A stretch of 64,000 bases of DNA from Adineta vaga. Its lineage: Eukaryota > Animalia > Rotifera. A program made the translations under genes and the position numbers. Each line of letters begins with the position of its first letter. Within the stretch, counting starts at the first letter, position 1. Positions 14,237-28,913 of the stretch are shown here, one piece after another. The stretch spans positions 10,726,001-10,790,000 of the forward strand of contig CP075493.1 in the NCBI GenBank assembly GCA_021613535.1, read 5' to 3'. The notes beneath the pieces are model-generated. The model had not been told where the DNA came from. It saw nothing but the letters and a program-made list of their open reading frames with translations, and searched no databases.

Positions 14237-16567
14237 ATCGTTTTGTTTATCAATTAGAAAATTTTTCTGTTTTCTTTCATGATATTTTAACTAAGAAAAA
14301 TATTTCATCTCGAACAAGCTCTTGAGAATATTTCGGAAGTTCGCAATTTTTATTGATTACTATTTTATCTCCAATTATGTTGTAATTAAAAAAGTTTTCT
14401 TTTTAAAAGAACATACAACATTCTGTATCAATACTAATAATATCATTCTATATTTAACTTGTATATATTTTCTTCGACAAATGTCAACTGAAGATTTCAG
14501 CTATAACTTGTCAGATATTTCTATAATTAAAATAAAAATCCGTACCTGAATATAAGCAAAAAATCCGAATAGAATTGATGTATCTTTTCAAGTTAACAAT
14601 GATCTATTCTTTGAAAGACTTTTCTTTCTAATTTTATTTTCTTCAATAGAATTATGTCATTGTTGATTAAGATATTCTCTCTCGTCGTCTATTTCCGCTT
14701 GTTGTTATTTAGTCAATGAATACATGAACATAACAACAAAAAAGAGCTCTATGAAAAGTGACAAGCGTTACTAGCTATATTCATTATAAATAACAATAAT
14801 GCTTACTGAGTATTCCACTTAACAAGAAATCGAGATGATGTCTAACCATTGAAAGAACTTGAAAGGATAGTACACTGTTTTTTTGCTTGTTCTGATGATT
14901 GATTCGTACTGATGATTTTCTATTGAAATTTCATTGGAATAAAATAGTAGTTTGTTTTTCGATATATATATTTGATTGAGAGAGATTTTGATCAAGCAAC
15001 AAAACTCTTTACGGAAATGCCTATTTATTTTCGTAATGATGATATCCGTTTTTTGTATTTCTTTCCCAACTATAAACATAAAGTCTGACTTCAGTTCTTT
15101 TTCTTTCTTCTAAACAATGATTTTGACAATAACACTAGACAAAAAAATGCACAACCTTGAAACTAATGTTGATTTCAATGTGAAAATGTATTTAGTATTG
15201 AGAAAGAAATTTGCGTGTGTAAATGACATGATAACATAGAGCGAAATCAATTAGAATGTTGCATGTCTTCTTTGTGGTGGTTCTTACCTTTAGGGCTTCT
15301 TTTCCATTTGAGTTGACACATTAAAATCTTTCATACTGTTCAACATCAATCTAAAACATACCTTTCATATCGAATATGTCTAATCATACTAATTGGAAAA
15401 TGCATATTTACTAACAGGATATATACCCTTAGGCAAAACGTATTATTTCAGCTTCAATTACAAAGATCGGCAGGTGATTAGAAAAAAAGAACGTTGTTTT
15501 TACTAAATATACATTAGTTGATCGGTTTTTCTTAGTTTTGTTTACGATAGAAAAACATGGAAAATCTATTTGTACTTCATACTACTCAATCATTCTCATT
15601 TTTAATCAGATGACCTTTTGAATATGTACGAATAATCCATATATTTTATTGGCATAAAAAAAAGACCCACAGAGGTTTCTATTATTCAATTCATCGATTT
15701 GAGAAGATCAACAATCTAACAAATTTTTTATGGATATGTATAAAATTTGACGAAAAATAAACGATATACTATTGTTCTCTTGTTGTTGTTGTTATTATGT
15801 TATCGGCAATTGGTATATACAATATCGTTATCTGCTTATCTATTCTGGACTACAAACTTCTTGTATATACATAAAGTAGCAATTCGTCCACACCTCTCAT
15901 AATCGATTGTAGCTTGTAAGTTCGATCATTTTTTAGTAGGTTTTGTTTTGCAAAAGAGCAGCAAACCAATTATTATCCTTTGAATTAAATCGCAAATCAA
16001 TATGTATTTAAGATTACGATATAGTGTAAAATATCTAACAAGAATTATTTAATGATTATCAGTTAGTAGCGAACTATTTGTTTTTCTTAGATAATTATAG
16101 ACATGATTAGAAGATAGAACGAGAAAAAACTTGTACAGATCGACAATAAAAGACAAGCAAATTGGTTTCTGTACATGTTTATTGTACGTCGATATATGAG
16201 GACATCTGTACGAGAAGTTCGTATATGACACTAATTATATACAATTTTTCTACGCGATTCATGATTGTATCGAATTGTAAATAAATAAAAAATGAAAATT
16301 GTTTCATTCGAATTTTTGTAACTGTTTCAAGGTACCACCATAGATTCGTCCTTATGGATTGGCCTCCTTCGATTTCTCTTGAAGTTTCTCTAAGGACAAT
16401 ATTTACTTTTTTTTCCCTTTATTTCATTTGTTCGACGTAATTTTTTTTTTCATATAAGAACATCATCTTTTTTTCAGATATTGATTTATTTTTTCACACA
16501 AAAAAAAAGAAGAAATTCTAAAATTTCTCTCTAATTTGATCATCCATTTAAATCGAAATCGTTGAGA

Positions 16568-18483
16568 ATGCCTTCTGTTACTGATATTCAACAACAACAA
16601 CAACCATCAACAGCATCCAGTATACATGGAAAATCTACACCACCACCTTCAACAACAGCGGATCCAAACAATGCTGATCCGATCACACAAGCAATTCTTC
16701 TTCTTGAAAAGAAACAACGAAATTTAGGAAAACGAAAAGTACGAGTTTCTATTAGTTGAACAGAAGGACATCTTAAAATACATATTCATTTTCCAAGTTA
16801 TATAAATCATGACACTATTGAATAATATCTATTATTCTTTTTTTTTCAATGAGAATAATGCAGATTCGAAAGTATCTGATGAGTCATCCTATTTTTCCCA
16901 GTGAGACACCTTAGTGACAGATACCATAGAATGATGAAAGAAAGAAACTAGTCTATATATTTATTTTTTTGCTTATGTAGGAAAAATTGGAAGTATTTCA
17001 AAAGGATGAAAAAAGTGGTAAAGAACTTCATAAAGATCAAAAAGAAGCATTAGCAAAATATCCGGAAGTAATTGGTCAAATTGAATGTGTAAAAGAACTC
17101 AGCGAACAAATCAAAAAGATTCAAACTGAAGTAAATAAATCATTTGTTTTTCATTTTGATAGTTTTTCTTCAATCCATATAAATTCGTTTTAGTCAGCAA
17201 GAAATCAAAAACGTCTTTTAAAACAAGCAGCCGATGAGAAACGTCAATTAGTTTCTCAACGTCTTCGAGAATATGCACGTCTTCGATATCTTCTTGATCA
17301 TCGACCAACAACATTAAAATCTGAAGAATCAACATTATTAGATGAACTATCAGCAGTCATCAATCCAGCAGATAGTTCATTAAATTCAATATCTCGTTCG
17401 ATCGATACAGTTCTTTCGATTTATCAAAGTGGTTCACCAACAGCACTCGTTAAAAATCTTTCTGGAAAAACTGTCCAAGAAGTACGAGAAGTTCTTGAAC
17501 GTTTACTTCAAACTAGTGAACCTCAAGTATCATCATCATCGTCATCATCTGTCGAAGTCTTGGAACAAGTCCAGCCCAAACCATCCGAAGAAACAAATAA
17601 TAATAATAATACAAATACAAACAATATTAATTCAACTACAGACAATAATTTCAATGAATATCCATTTCAACTTGACACACGAACTCAAGCTGTTTCAGTC
17701 GAACAAATTATTCAAAATAGTCAGTTTCTTTCTAATGATTTAACAAATCCAAGTCAAGATATTGATGATGATGACGATGATCAAACACTCGATTCAAAAC
17801 AATATTCACAACCAATAGCTGGTATTAATTTAAGTGAGTCATTGAATTTTTTTCCATTAATTTTGTTGATTTATAAATAATTAATATATATTTAGATCAA
17901 CAAACGTCTTTAACATCATCCATGGATAATCAACAACAAGATAATACAACACATTTCGTCGATTCAAACGAACAACAAGGAGATGATCAATGGCAACAGC
18001 CGCGTGGAAATGCTCAACGTGGCGGACAATTTTCTAATGGAAGTGGAAATAGACCTTTTCATCGTGGTCGATCAAATAATTATCATCAACAATGGAGAGG
18101 AACACGTAAGAGCATCCGTTCAAAGATCTATTTCATATTAATCAAACGTCTTTTGTTTTCTTTCGTAAGGTGGTGGTAATGGTGGATACGATAACTCATA
18201 TGGTAGTGGTAATCAGCGATCCTATTATGAAAATAATCGTGGTCGAGGAGGATCAAACCAGAATTATCGAGGTAAAACAAAATGTTCATTGAATTCAATT
18301 GATTTTCATTCATTTATTACAGGAAATCGTGGCGGTGGTGGTAATTATCGTGGCGGTAATCGTGGCTATAATAATAATGGTGATGGATATCAAAAACCTG
18401 CTCAATATCAACAAAATAATAATCAACATCAACAAGTTCGTTCAGCACCTCCAACCTCAACTCAACAACCACAACAACAATGA
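16568..18483 (+). CDS. caprin: Caprin family RNA-granule protein
   Basis: N-terminal ILLLEKKQRNLGKRK|EKLEVFQKDEKSGKELHKDQKEALAKYPEV resembles caprin HR1. The C-terminus is RGG/N/Q-rich. Multi-exon; TGA at 18481-18483. Confidence 0.82.
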
Positions 18484-18891
18484 TTTAGTTATTAATGTTC
18501 GTTTTCTTTTTTTTTCTTTCTCTCTCTCTCTCTTTCTCTTTTTCTTCCCGTTAAATAACAATTTATCCACAATGATATTTTCTTGTTTGTTGTGTTTATC
18601 TCGTTACAAAAAAGGTTTCTATATCGGATGGTGAAATATCTTTGTTTGTTTTTTTTTCTACCATGTTTTTTTGGGTCATGTGTGTGATGTTCACGTTTGG
18701 ATGATTACAAAAAAAGAAACAAAACAAATTCATGCATTGTATTCTTCCTTTGCACACATATAAACAAATTCATTGACAACCTTTAAACAAAAACGAACTG
18801 ATTTTTATTGAAATAAAATCTTCTATTGTATAGAATTGTTTTGAAAGAAGTCGCCAGCGAAGGCACGGAAAAGAGAATGAAAAAAGGAATC

Positions 18892-18964
18892 TGCCCCGGG
18901 TGAGGATCGAACTCACGACCTTCAGATTATGAGACTGACGCTCTACCGACTGAGCCACCGCGGC
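18892..18964 (-). tRNA. trnM: tRNA-Met (CAT), elongator type
   Basis: GCCGCGGTGGCTCAGTCGGTAGAGCGTCAGTCTCATAATCTGAAGGTCGTGAGTTCGATCCTCACCCGGGGCA. 73-nt cloverleaf, CAT anticodon, GTTCGA T-loop, downstream oligo-T Pol III terminator. Confidence 0.96.
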
Positions 18965-19188
18965 GAAAGTCATTCCGATAAAAAAAGAAGTTATTCATTC
19001 ATAATGGATATTAGGATCAATAGATATATTAATTTTAATTATGTTTTCTACTGAATATAACTACGCCAGATATAAAAATTGCTCAGTTTTATTTTACAAA
19101 GAAGATTTTCATTATTGTCCAAACGTTGTTATCAACAATAAATCTCAATTTTACAAGATGAGAAAAAAATCTTGATTATGAACTATAA

Positions 19189-20946
19189 CTATAACTCTAA
19201 GTTGTAATGTTCATCAGTTAATTTGATTCGTTTATGATTAAGACTACTTTCATTTTTCCTTTGTCCAATCCATATCATACTACATCCATTGTGTCTGGAA
19301 GATGATGAACCAATTGTATTATCAGCAAACCATTGATTTACTTCTGTAGAAAACTTAAGACGTGATATATCGAATTGTACAAATGTTAAATCTGGACATC
19401 GATCTAGGATAATCTCAATCTGATTTAACTTATTAAGAGGTATTTGTAAATGTTTAATTTGACGCGGAATTCTTGTACATATATCGTTAAGCATTGGATA
19501 CATTACATATTTACAAAAACGATTATAAATGAGACATGATGACAATTTTGGGGATTTTTCTAATACTTCCATCAATTTACATAATGGAATTCGATCCTTT
19601 TCATTAAAATAGTACTTATTAATTTTTACTTCTGTTAATTGTGAAATATTGATGATTGAGTGTAACAAATCTATTGAACTCAACGCAAACTCTGAGCCAA
19701 AATCAATATGAAGTTTGGTAATTTGTGGAAATAATGGATTGAATCGCTCTAATACCTACAGACAGAAAAAGAGATGTTTAAATTACTTTTTAGTTCTATC
19801 ATATACTTTATCATGAAAATGAGATTTTCCTAATGTTTTCAGTGATAAATGAAGTTCATTGATATTTTCAATCACCATTTGAGAGGCGTACTCGAATATG
19901 GGAGATGTACAAACAAAAATGTTTTCTACATATGGATTATACTCAAGAGTAGATTTACAAATTGGTATTGTATATAGCAGAATATTAAATGAAGAACGAC
20001 TATCGATTTCACCGGCAACAAACCATTTTTTATGTTCTATCCAAAATGGAGTTCGAAATGAATCAAGAATCATTTCGAAATCATTGTGAGATCTTGATAT
20101 ATTAACCAAGAATTCAAATTTATTCAAACGAAGTAGATTGACATGAAGAAAATCTTCCAAATGGTTACCATCTGTTACAAAATGGCTTCCCATCAATTTT
20201 AAATACGTGAGTGAAGGCATTGACATAAGGAATCGTTCAATTTCATCATTTTCTAAATTTAATCTTTCGATTATCAATGAAGTTATTTGTGGAAAAGAAG
20301 ATTTCATTAGTGCATCATCGACTGTACTATATAGATCTTGCTTAAGAATTAGTGTATGAAGTTGAGGTGAACATAGAAGAAGTTCATACATTTTTCGGAA
20401 ACTAATTTTTCCATTGATAACTAATTGTTTGATATAACAAGTCGATGGACACAACAGACGATCATCATTTATATCTAATTCTAACCGATGTAAATGCTTT
20501 TGTGCTAAAATCGTTGAAATATAATGTGATGTCGTTTTTCTTCGTCTATTATCATACGTTTTTATCGTTAATGAAAATGAAGTTATTAAACTTAGATTAA
20601 TACGTTTTAAAATCATATCTAATTGAAGTTCATCAATTCCATGGAAAGTAATCGAATGAAGACGTGTCAATTGACGAAGACGAATTGATGAAAGAAATAA
20701 ACATATTTGATTAGGCATAAATTCATTGCCAACCAACGTTAATGAAGTTACATTTTGAGAAGGAATTAATCGACAAAAAAGATGAAAATTTGTTTTCGAA
20801 ATATTTTTAAAATCAAATGTATATCGATCATATGTATTAACAATTGCACGAAATAATCGACAAGTTGGTCGAATAGAAAATAAAATTGTTTCCGTATCAA
20901 GATGATCCAATATACGATGAAGTATTTCAACGGGTAACGTTTCCAT
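19189..20946 (-). CDS. F-box / LRR-like protein
   Basis: N-terminal F-box-like METLPVEILHRILDHLDTETILFSIRPTCRLFRAIV, followed by LxxLxL repeats. One phase-0 intron (19806-19756) joins the two ORFs in frame. Confidence 0.8.
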
Positions 20947-22625
20947 TGATGAATATATCTAATGGTATATTAACTCACGAAATGAGAAATATTTTATGTT
21001 GGACGTTTTTTACTTGAAATGTGTTTTTATCGACACCAACCCCCTTTTTCTTTTTATGCTTACATATATATATATACGCATTACAGAACGAAAGAAGATA
21101 GAAGAAAATAAATGAGTAATGTATACTTTGCACTATGAGTCATGAAGAAAGAAGAGTTTTCTCTCAGTAAAAGTTCCAAAAAATAATCATAGTTGTGTGC
21201 TATTTACATACATATTTATACCATTTTAATGGATGAACTTTTGACTCTTGAACGGCGAATGTTCCACTAAAAGTTTTATACATGGAAGATTTTCTCTGCT
21301 GATAACTAGAATGCTACTAGCAGAGAGTCTCGGTTTTGCTAGGAAAACTTTGATTTCGAAGATGGAAATATGAAATCTTTCATACTAACAACAAGAATAC
21401 CTTAAACAAACTGTAACAAATGGAAAAGTTCATCTTATCACATAGTTATTCTGTCTGTCCCAATGCCAATACCAACTACACCCACCCTTTTTCGACCATT
21501 ACCTGGGAGCTAAAATTATTCATTCTATGATTCTGAATTTATTGCCTCAGATATTATTTAGAAAGTGATGTATCCTTCATTGCCAAGGTTGACAAATTGT
21601 CATCAGTGCATTGTTACAGTTCATTTATTTTTGTCATTTATGTAAATAAAATTACTTGCCGATTTATCCTTCTAGTCATAGCTTTTTGTTATACTTGAAT
21701 GATTTCGTGGTAATTTCCAACATTCCTTCGAATTAATATTAAGAGTGGAATGAAACTTTTATGTTTTGATTCAAAACTATAGTTGTATAGTATTATGAAC
21801 ACTGTAAATAAATTTTTCCAGAGACATAGAATAGTTCCAATAGAAGTCATGAAATAATTAGATCGTTAGTCAAAGGATTTGTACTGACGCAGAACTTTCC
21901 GAAACAACATTCTAACACAAAGGTCGGATGAAAATCGTTCAGTAATGATTAGCAGGAGGAACGGCTAAATGCTATTTCAATGAAGATGATATGAGTTGTC
22001 TATAGATATAGTTAGTCAAAGTAAAAGAGAATAGTGCTTTGAGAAAATAATTCAAATAGATTCTAGTAAGATTTATAATGGTTTGGTCTCAAACTCAGGA
22101 TGAGAAACTTTTCATTTAATCATTTGTTCTGCAGTAACTTTTTATTATTTGACGATGATACGTAGGTGTTTGCTAGAGGACATCAAGAGCTATTTAATGG
22201 TATAATAATATCAACTGATCAGTGAATTAGCTTTATGAACAGTTTGAAGAAAATGTTTGTGGAAAAACGGTGTGACATAAGTTTCATCAAGTTCTAAAAC
22301 GTATTTGTTCCATACAGATCATGACTAATCCTAACTTGAAAAGTGACACCTTAGATGACTAAAAATCGCTTTAGTAAAAGATTATATAATGTTACTGAAT
22401 GCATCCACATTGGTCTCATCATTCACGTCTTGAAGCTTTTCTTTGTCGTCTACTACTTCGTATTTATTTGTATTTCTTCCACTAGTGGTTAGTACCAAAA
22501 CGTAATACATTATGACCAGGATTACCACTATCAATATCAGAATCAATGTTTGTTTCTTTCGTAACTAAGACAATCCGAATGATTGAATAAATTGCTATTG
22601 GCAAATAATAGCTACTGTGTATGAG

Positions 22626-22730
22626 TCAAGGGGGAAAAAGCGAGACTTCCGTACTTCGAATTATCGAGGAAGTATCATAGAAGTATGTGTGGAAGTAATG
22701 AAGTATAGAAGTGTCGCTTTTCCCCCTTGA
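22626..22730. mobile_element. 105-bp MITE-like fold-back element
   Basis: Left arm TCAAGGGGGAAAAAGCGAGACTTCCGTACTTC; reverse complement of right arm TCAAGGGGGAAAAGCGACACTTCTATACTTC. Internal GAAGTA repeats. No clear TSD. Confidence 0.55.
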
Positions 22731-23500
22731 TATAAGTACATTATAGAGCTGTAAAACTATCATAAATACTTACCGAGAAAATTAAAAAATCAAGATGAGA
22801 TAATGGACAGTTACATATAATCCTTTGGAGTAGCGTTAAGTGCAACTGGCAGTGGTCTCTATATTACCATACCAACAACACATAATAGCTTTGTTGTATT
22901 GCTTACGGAAAATGCGATAGAGCAAAAAACATTGAAACTGAAAAAAATCAAGTTTCATCCTGAATTTGACATCAAACCACTATAGTTTCGTCACTATTTT
23001 AATCGTTATTGTTTTTATTTATCATACTCTATCAAAAGAGATCACTATTCACATGAATACGCAACAAATATAAAGTTAATGAGGCGATAATTGGAAGTCT
23101 AGACCTTGAATTATTATAAAACAGAGATACGAGGATCAGAATCTGAAAAGAATACTCCAAGATCGAAAATAGCAAGTCACTTTCGAATCTATATCACTAG
23201 CTTGCATCACTTCATCCTCTTCCTCATAATTGATTATTGCGACTAAGTACCTGGCTACCATCTGTCCATCAAATCATAGCTGTTCGACATTGTAAATCTC
23301 TACCTATTTCTGCTAACTATATAAGCAAAAGTTGTTACGTTAAGATCAGAGCTGACAGGTTCCAGAGCCTTTAATAGATTTCGAAACGTTTTAGTGAAGA
23401 TTCTAAAAATTTCCACCCATCAGTTTCATAATACTGCAAAAACTGATACAGTATTCTCTTCGATGATTCTTTGTACTGATAGCAGACAAGACGCTGATCA

Positions 23501-23523
23501 ATATATATATATATATATATATA
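23501..23523. repeat. (AT)n microsatellite
   Basis: About 11 AT units. Confidence 0.9.
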
Positions 23524-25249
23524 GATTCGTTGTTTATTTTATTTTTAAAAAACATTGATCATGAAATCAACTTTTTACGAATATTTGTTTTGAAATATCC
23601 ATTACAATCTGTTATCATACCTTCTTGAAAGCACTTAAATTTCAAAAAAAACATCAAAATCGATGGGTTTTTTTCTTTTGTAACATGCTGCCGGTTTTTT
23701 CCCGTACAAAATATACTTTTTTTCATTCATGAATTATGCTTGCATTTTGCTTTCATCATAGATGCATAGGTAGTATTAAATATTCTTTTCATGTCAGTTA
23801 ATTTGTTTCGTTCTGCATTAACTATATTTGATACACTGATGAAGCACGTGACACGTCATAAAAAAATACTATATAAAGTAAAATCAATAGAAAAAGGTAG
23901 GGCTATTTTTTTTCATTCATATATTTATTGTGTTTACGTTAAAAAGAGATAGTATCATATCATTATACTCAGTAGTTATCACATTTGTCTGTAGATGTCG
24001 AGATCTTGATTGATAAAATTTTTATTTAATATGTATTTATTATTCGTTTGTCCAGAAAAATATTACTTAAAAATAAGAATCTTCTTTCAAACTTATTCTT
24101 TTTAAAATCGAATTTTAGTATGACTTTCCTTTATTTTCATTTTCTCTATGAACATTTTAAATTTTAGAAAAGAGTAATAACATTAAATTAATATAACAAA
24201 AGCATTCTTTTTATATTCAGGTTAATTGACATTCTATTATGAAAGCGATGCATGGTCGATTGAAACAAGTCATAAATAGAATAGAAAAAGCAAAATTTGA
24301 GTTGGAAATTCCCAATCTGAGCAAACCCTTTAAAAAAACATGACACGAGGCAATATATATATCATTTAAAATAAAAGGACGTTTCGTGCATCTTTTACAT
24401 GCAAGTAAGATACTTTTTACTGACTATTTCTTAATTTGTATTAAATATCATATTATTTTGTTTGTCACTTCCACATTCTTTTATTTTTTGTTGATGTTTG
24501 GATGAGTCATGTTTCAATGACCAATCATATTTTTGGAACACGCAACTATATTTTATAAAAGATATTTACCATGGCCACTTCGTTGATGCAATTACGTGCA
24601 ACAATTTTATTTGGAAAAATATTTTTTCTATTATTTTTGTGAATTTTACTGATTAGTATATTATAATCTGAGATAAATATATTCAGCGTGCTGTGTGTTG
24701 AGAAATACATAAATGCCGAAGTATCACGACATTTTAGTAAGATATAAAAGAATAATCTAGAATGTTTAGTCATAATTATAAACAATCGATTAAGGGAATT
24801 TTTATGACTCAATAGATGACTAAAGATAACATGGCAAGGTATACTTACGCAAGAATAGTGCACTAACGATTTTTGGAATCAAAAATCGCTGAAGAGTAAT
24901 GGTAGAAAGTTGTCGTTGTTTATTCATCTAGAGAAATACATTTCTCGATAGTAACAGATTCTAGTTTTTCAGTTAGAAAAGTCCTCTGAGGAAAAGATTA
25001 TACCGATATGAAGTTTATTTTTTTTTATTAAGAAGTACTTTCTTTTTGTAAATCGAGATTGATCTCATACAAAAAGTTTCTTTTCAATAGGATTACCTTC
25101 GATTCATTTCTAAAACTATAGCAACACATATGATATGAGTGTAGAACGTGATGAATCGATTTTAATTCAATCATATTATTACTATTCAATTCATTTATTC
25201 CGAAATAGAGAATAAATATTGTCATTTACTATTTCTCGTTTTAGATAAT

Positions 25250-26914
25250 ATGGATCCTTTGAGTTTTATTGATAAAATTCCCATATATTGGGTTGCGGAA
25301 CTTCTAGAAAATCTCACATGCGCACTATGTTTTTTCCTGCTCTTCCCTCCAATGCAATTGACCTGTTGCGGAAAACGTGTGTGTGCTGGTTGCGGTTCAA
25401 CTAAGTATTTTATCTTCTAGTATCATTGATATTAAAAATATTAACTATGAACTTTCAATTATAGATTGAAACAATATTCTCAGTGTCCGTTTTGTTCGGC
25501 GCCAGGAATACCAGAGGTAAGAATGAAACAAACCTGATCTTAATCTTGTTTTTATCATGAATTTAATGTTTAGGCAAAACCAGATAAAGGTTATGAGCGA
25601 GAACTGAAAAAACTAGAAGTTTGTTGTCCACGATGTAATGAGAAATGTCCGACTTATTTTCCAGACTTACATGTAAGACGAATTTTCTTAAGCTTTTGCA
25701 TTTTGAAAGATAAATCTAACCATTTTTTAGAAACATTTGGAAAACCATCGTGATCTTCAGTGTTCAAATTGTGAGGAAAGATTTATTTTCCCAAAAGAAT
25801 TAGAAAACCATCAACGTGAAACATGCAAAAATCGTGTGGTGGCTTGTCCACTTAATTTCATTGGCTGTTCAAAATCGGTATGAACTATAGTGAACAGGAA
25901 ATCTTTCAAGCTATTTTTCGAGACTTAGTGAAAAACGAAATGTATACTGAATATTTTTTTTTTATTTAGGTATCATTTGCTCAGTTAGGAAAACATACTT
26001 TGAGCAATGAGCATCAGCTCTCTATATTTGCATTCGTTAAAGCAATTACCTTACAATCGTCTGAACAGCAAGACATAATAACGTTTACAAAGCCTCTCGA
26101 GAACTCATATCAACATCTATTACTTCCTTATCAAGTAAAAATAGATGCTTTGAATGAAGAAACCGATCGAATCACGGAGAATTGTGATCAACTCGAATCA
26201 GAAAGAAAAATAAAGGAAACCAGCATAAATGAAGTACGTGCACAGTTTGCGAACATCAACAAATCATCGGAAAGTAATATACAACTTATCGCTGATATTC
26301 ATGGAATATTAATGGGAATGAGTAAAATTCTGGATGATATCAAATCTAAATCGTTGACTGGTCCTAAATTATTATCATGGGATGGTTTATTTATTTGGAA
26401 TATTAAATTTTCAGAGTTTAAGAATAATAGACAGTCAATACAATCGGAACCATTTCACAGTTCTCAAAGTGGCTACAAGCTAGCATTACGATGTGAAATA
26501 TATGAAGATAAACTGGAGAAGACGTCTTATATTTCAATCTCTTTCGTCATTCTATTGGGGGAGTATGACGCCATTTTGACCTGGCCGTTTGAATACCCAA
26601 TTACACTTTCTATCGTCGATCTATCAATACATAAAAAAGATATTTCATACGAAATCACCAATGAATCTCGTGCACTACCGTTTTCCAGACCTATCAATAA
26701 TATCAATTCACCATATCGAGTCGAGAAATTCTGTCCTCTGAATAAATTATCGAAAAGCAACAGTAATTATTTACAAAATGATACGATGTTCGTTCGAGCA
26801 TACATCGATTTTTCAAAACCAACTACAAATTCAGTTTCAAGTAAAGAACAAGTGAAAGTTACTACATCTAATCCTATCCACCATGATATTGTATCCAATA
26901 CGTTGGTCAATTAA
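25250..26914 (+). CDS. TRAF-like protein (RING, zinc fingers, coiled coil, MATH)
   Basis: Exon 1 has CALC...CCGKRVCAGC. Later come CPFC and TRAF-type fingers (HQRETCKNRVVACP..GC), then MATH motifs DGLFIWNI, SEPFHSSQSGYKL, GEYDAILTWPF, YLQNDTMFVR. Confidence 0.88.
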
Positions 26915-28238
26915 TGTCGTAAACAAAATTTTCTGATATGCCTACAACACTTTAGTTTGCCACTCATATAATACAACCCGAACTAGTTTTTACTATGTAG
27001 GTCCAGATATGAAAAATTCGTTGTGTGTTAAAATCATGTTTCACAAAAGTTTCAATATCTTAACATACATTTCCTGATGTATATATGTGAAGGAATTTTA
27101 AAACTAATATGACCATTTGTTCTAACGCCGTTTTTTTCTACGAATGCATATTTTTTTCTTAGGAAATAAAGTAAAATTTCGGAAATACAGTTGAATTTCA
27201 AACTATTAGCAAATTTGAAAAAGAAATATTGTCTATTGCTATAGAAACAAGAGGAAGTGTGCTCATGAGTCTGTGTACTTCAAAGGTAACTCAATGAATG
27301 TTAAGAACGGAAAAATCCAAGAAAGAAAAAAAATTGATTGTTTTATAAATTTTCTCTTCGCCCACTGAGGGCTTGAAGCGATAAGATTGTCATCATGAAT
27401 AAACAAAATGTATTACTAATGTTGTTCTAACTCAAGAATTTTGTTTAATTTTTCTATATGAAATATTGTAAACACTAAAATTTCTTACACTATAAAAACC
27501 TATGAGTATAATTGAGCGGAAGAACTGATGTTTTGCATCTTCTATCAATGAAGAATTAAAAAAGAAATCAATTTTTATTGATGCTTAAGTTCATCATTAT
27601 TATCTCTTATGTGAACTTACGTTAGTATTTCAAAAAGGTTACTGAAAATAAAGACGAAGAACATTTCGTAACTTTCTATGTTCATCGCTTGGCTCTCTAG
27701 ATGAATGTGTGTTAATAATGAAAGTCAAATTTTCTAAGTTTGTCACTGTTAATTGATATTTACGAGTAAAATCTGTAGACAAATAGACATATGAATATGT
27801 TTATCGTCAAGCGATTGTTATTGATTTTTGAAAAGCATAAATATCAAAGAAATGAAAGAAGACAGAAAACAATTACCAATGAAATTATCATATAGCAAGA
27901 TAAATGTAAAATAACGTGCGTGATTTTTCTCTCTGAATCTATTAAACTATGTCAATAGCAAACGTTAGAAATATTTGCACTGTTAGAAACGTATCGAATG
28001 GCTAAAATTTAGGATTTTGCATAAATAACATTTTAATTTTCATATACAAATTTTCCGGAGAAGACGTGACAAATGGTATTGACATTCCATCGTTGTTTCT
28101 ATTTGATCAAACAACAATCGTTAAAAGAAGAAAAATACCAGATTGAGTGAATAAAATAACTGTGAAATAAAAGTTCACAATGAATAAGAGTCTTTAACAG
28201 GAAAGAGAAGGTTACACATCGATCTTACGGATCAAATT

Positions 28239-28913
28239 ATGAGTAAACAAAAATATTCATCTAGTTATCCACTAACATCTTCATACGATATATTATTAGT
28301 ATGGTTGGATACACTTTCTCTATCACGATCCATTCGTAAATTAGAAACAGATTTTGCTGATGGAGTATTAGTTGCTGAAATCATTGCATATTTCTTTCCA
28401 GAATATGTTGATTTTGGACTGTTTCATGCAGCTCGAAATATGTCACAACGTGTAAAAAATTGGCTTTTATTAAATTCTAAAATATTACCAAAAATAGGTT
28501 TACATATACCCGGTACTGTTGTACACAATATTATCAACGAAGATTACCGTACAATCGAAGCATTCCTTCTACGTTTACGAGAAAAAATTGAAGATAATGC
28601 ACCTTATATGGGTAAACAATCACGTTTACAATGGGAAACATGGCGTTCATTAAATACTGAACGATATCGTTTACCACAAATATTATTTACACCACGACAA
28701 ACAGCTGCTGTCATGCCTAGTTATGGATCTCTCGTTCGTCATGGAAGAATGATAGATTCATATGTTGATGATAATGATGAAATATTGAAGAGCAAAGATG
28801 AAGAAATTGAAATTTTACGTGCTAAATTAACACGCTGTGAGAGAGTTATTCATACCCAAGATAAACGTATACAAGAATTAGAAGATAAAATTGAAAAATT
28901 AAGACCAAAATAA
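28239..28913 (+). CDS. SPEF1: SPEF1/CLAMP-like ciliary microtubule-associated CH-domain protein
   Basis: WLDTLSLSRSIRKLETDFADGVLVAEII CH-domain motif, NWLLLNSKILPK, and C-terminal coiled coil KDEEIEILRAKL. Single exon. Confidence 0.82.
   Translation: MSKQKYSSSYPLTSSYDILLVWLDTLSLSRSIRKLETDFADGVLVAEIIAYFFPEYVDFGLFHAARNMSQRVKNWLLLNSKILPKIGLHIPGTVVHNIINEDYRTIEAFLLRLREKIEDNAPYMGKQSRLQWETWRSLNTERYRLPQILFTPRQTAAVMPSYGSLVRHGRMIDSYVDDNDEILKSKDEEIEILRAKLTRCERVIHTQDKRIQELEDKIEKLRPK

Noticed and set aside
21100-23450. Possible gene fragments (e.g. NHL-like stretch near 22800)
   Set aside because: Too short and broken to support without a search.
28239-28913. SPEF1 as evidence of sperm or as HGT because it is intronless
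   Set aside because: SPEF1 is a general motile-cilia protein and the gene is short.
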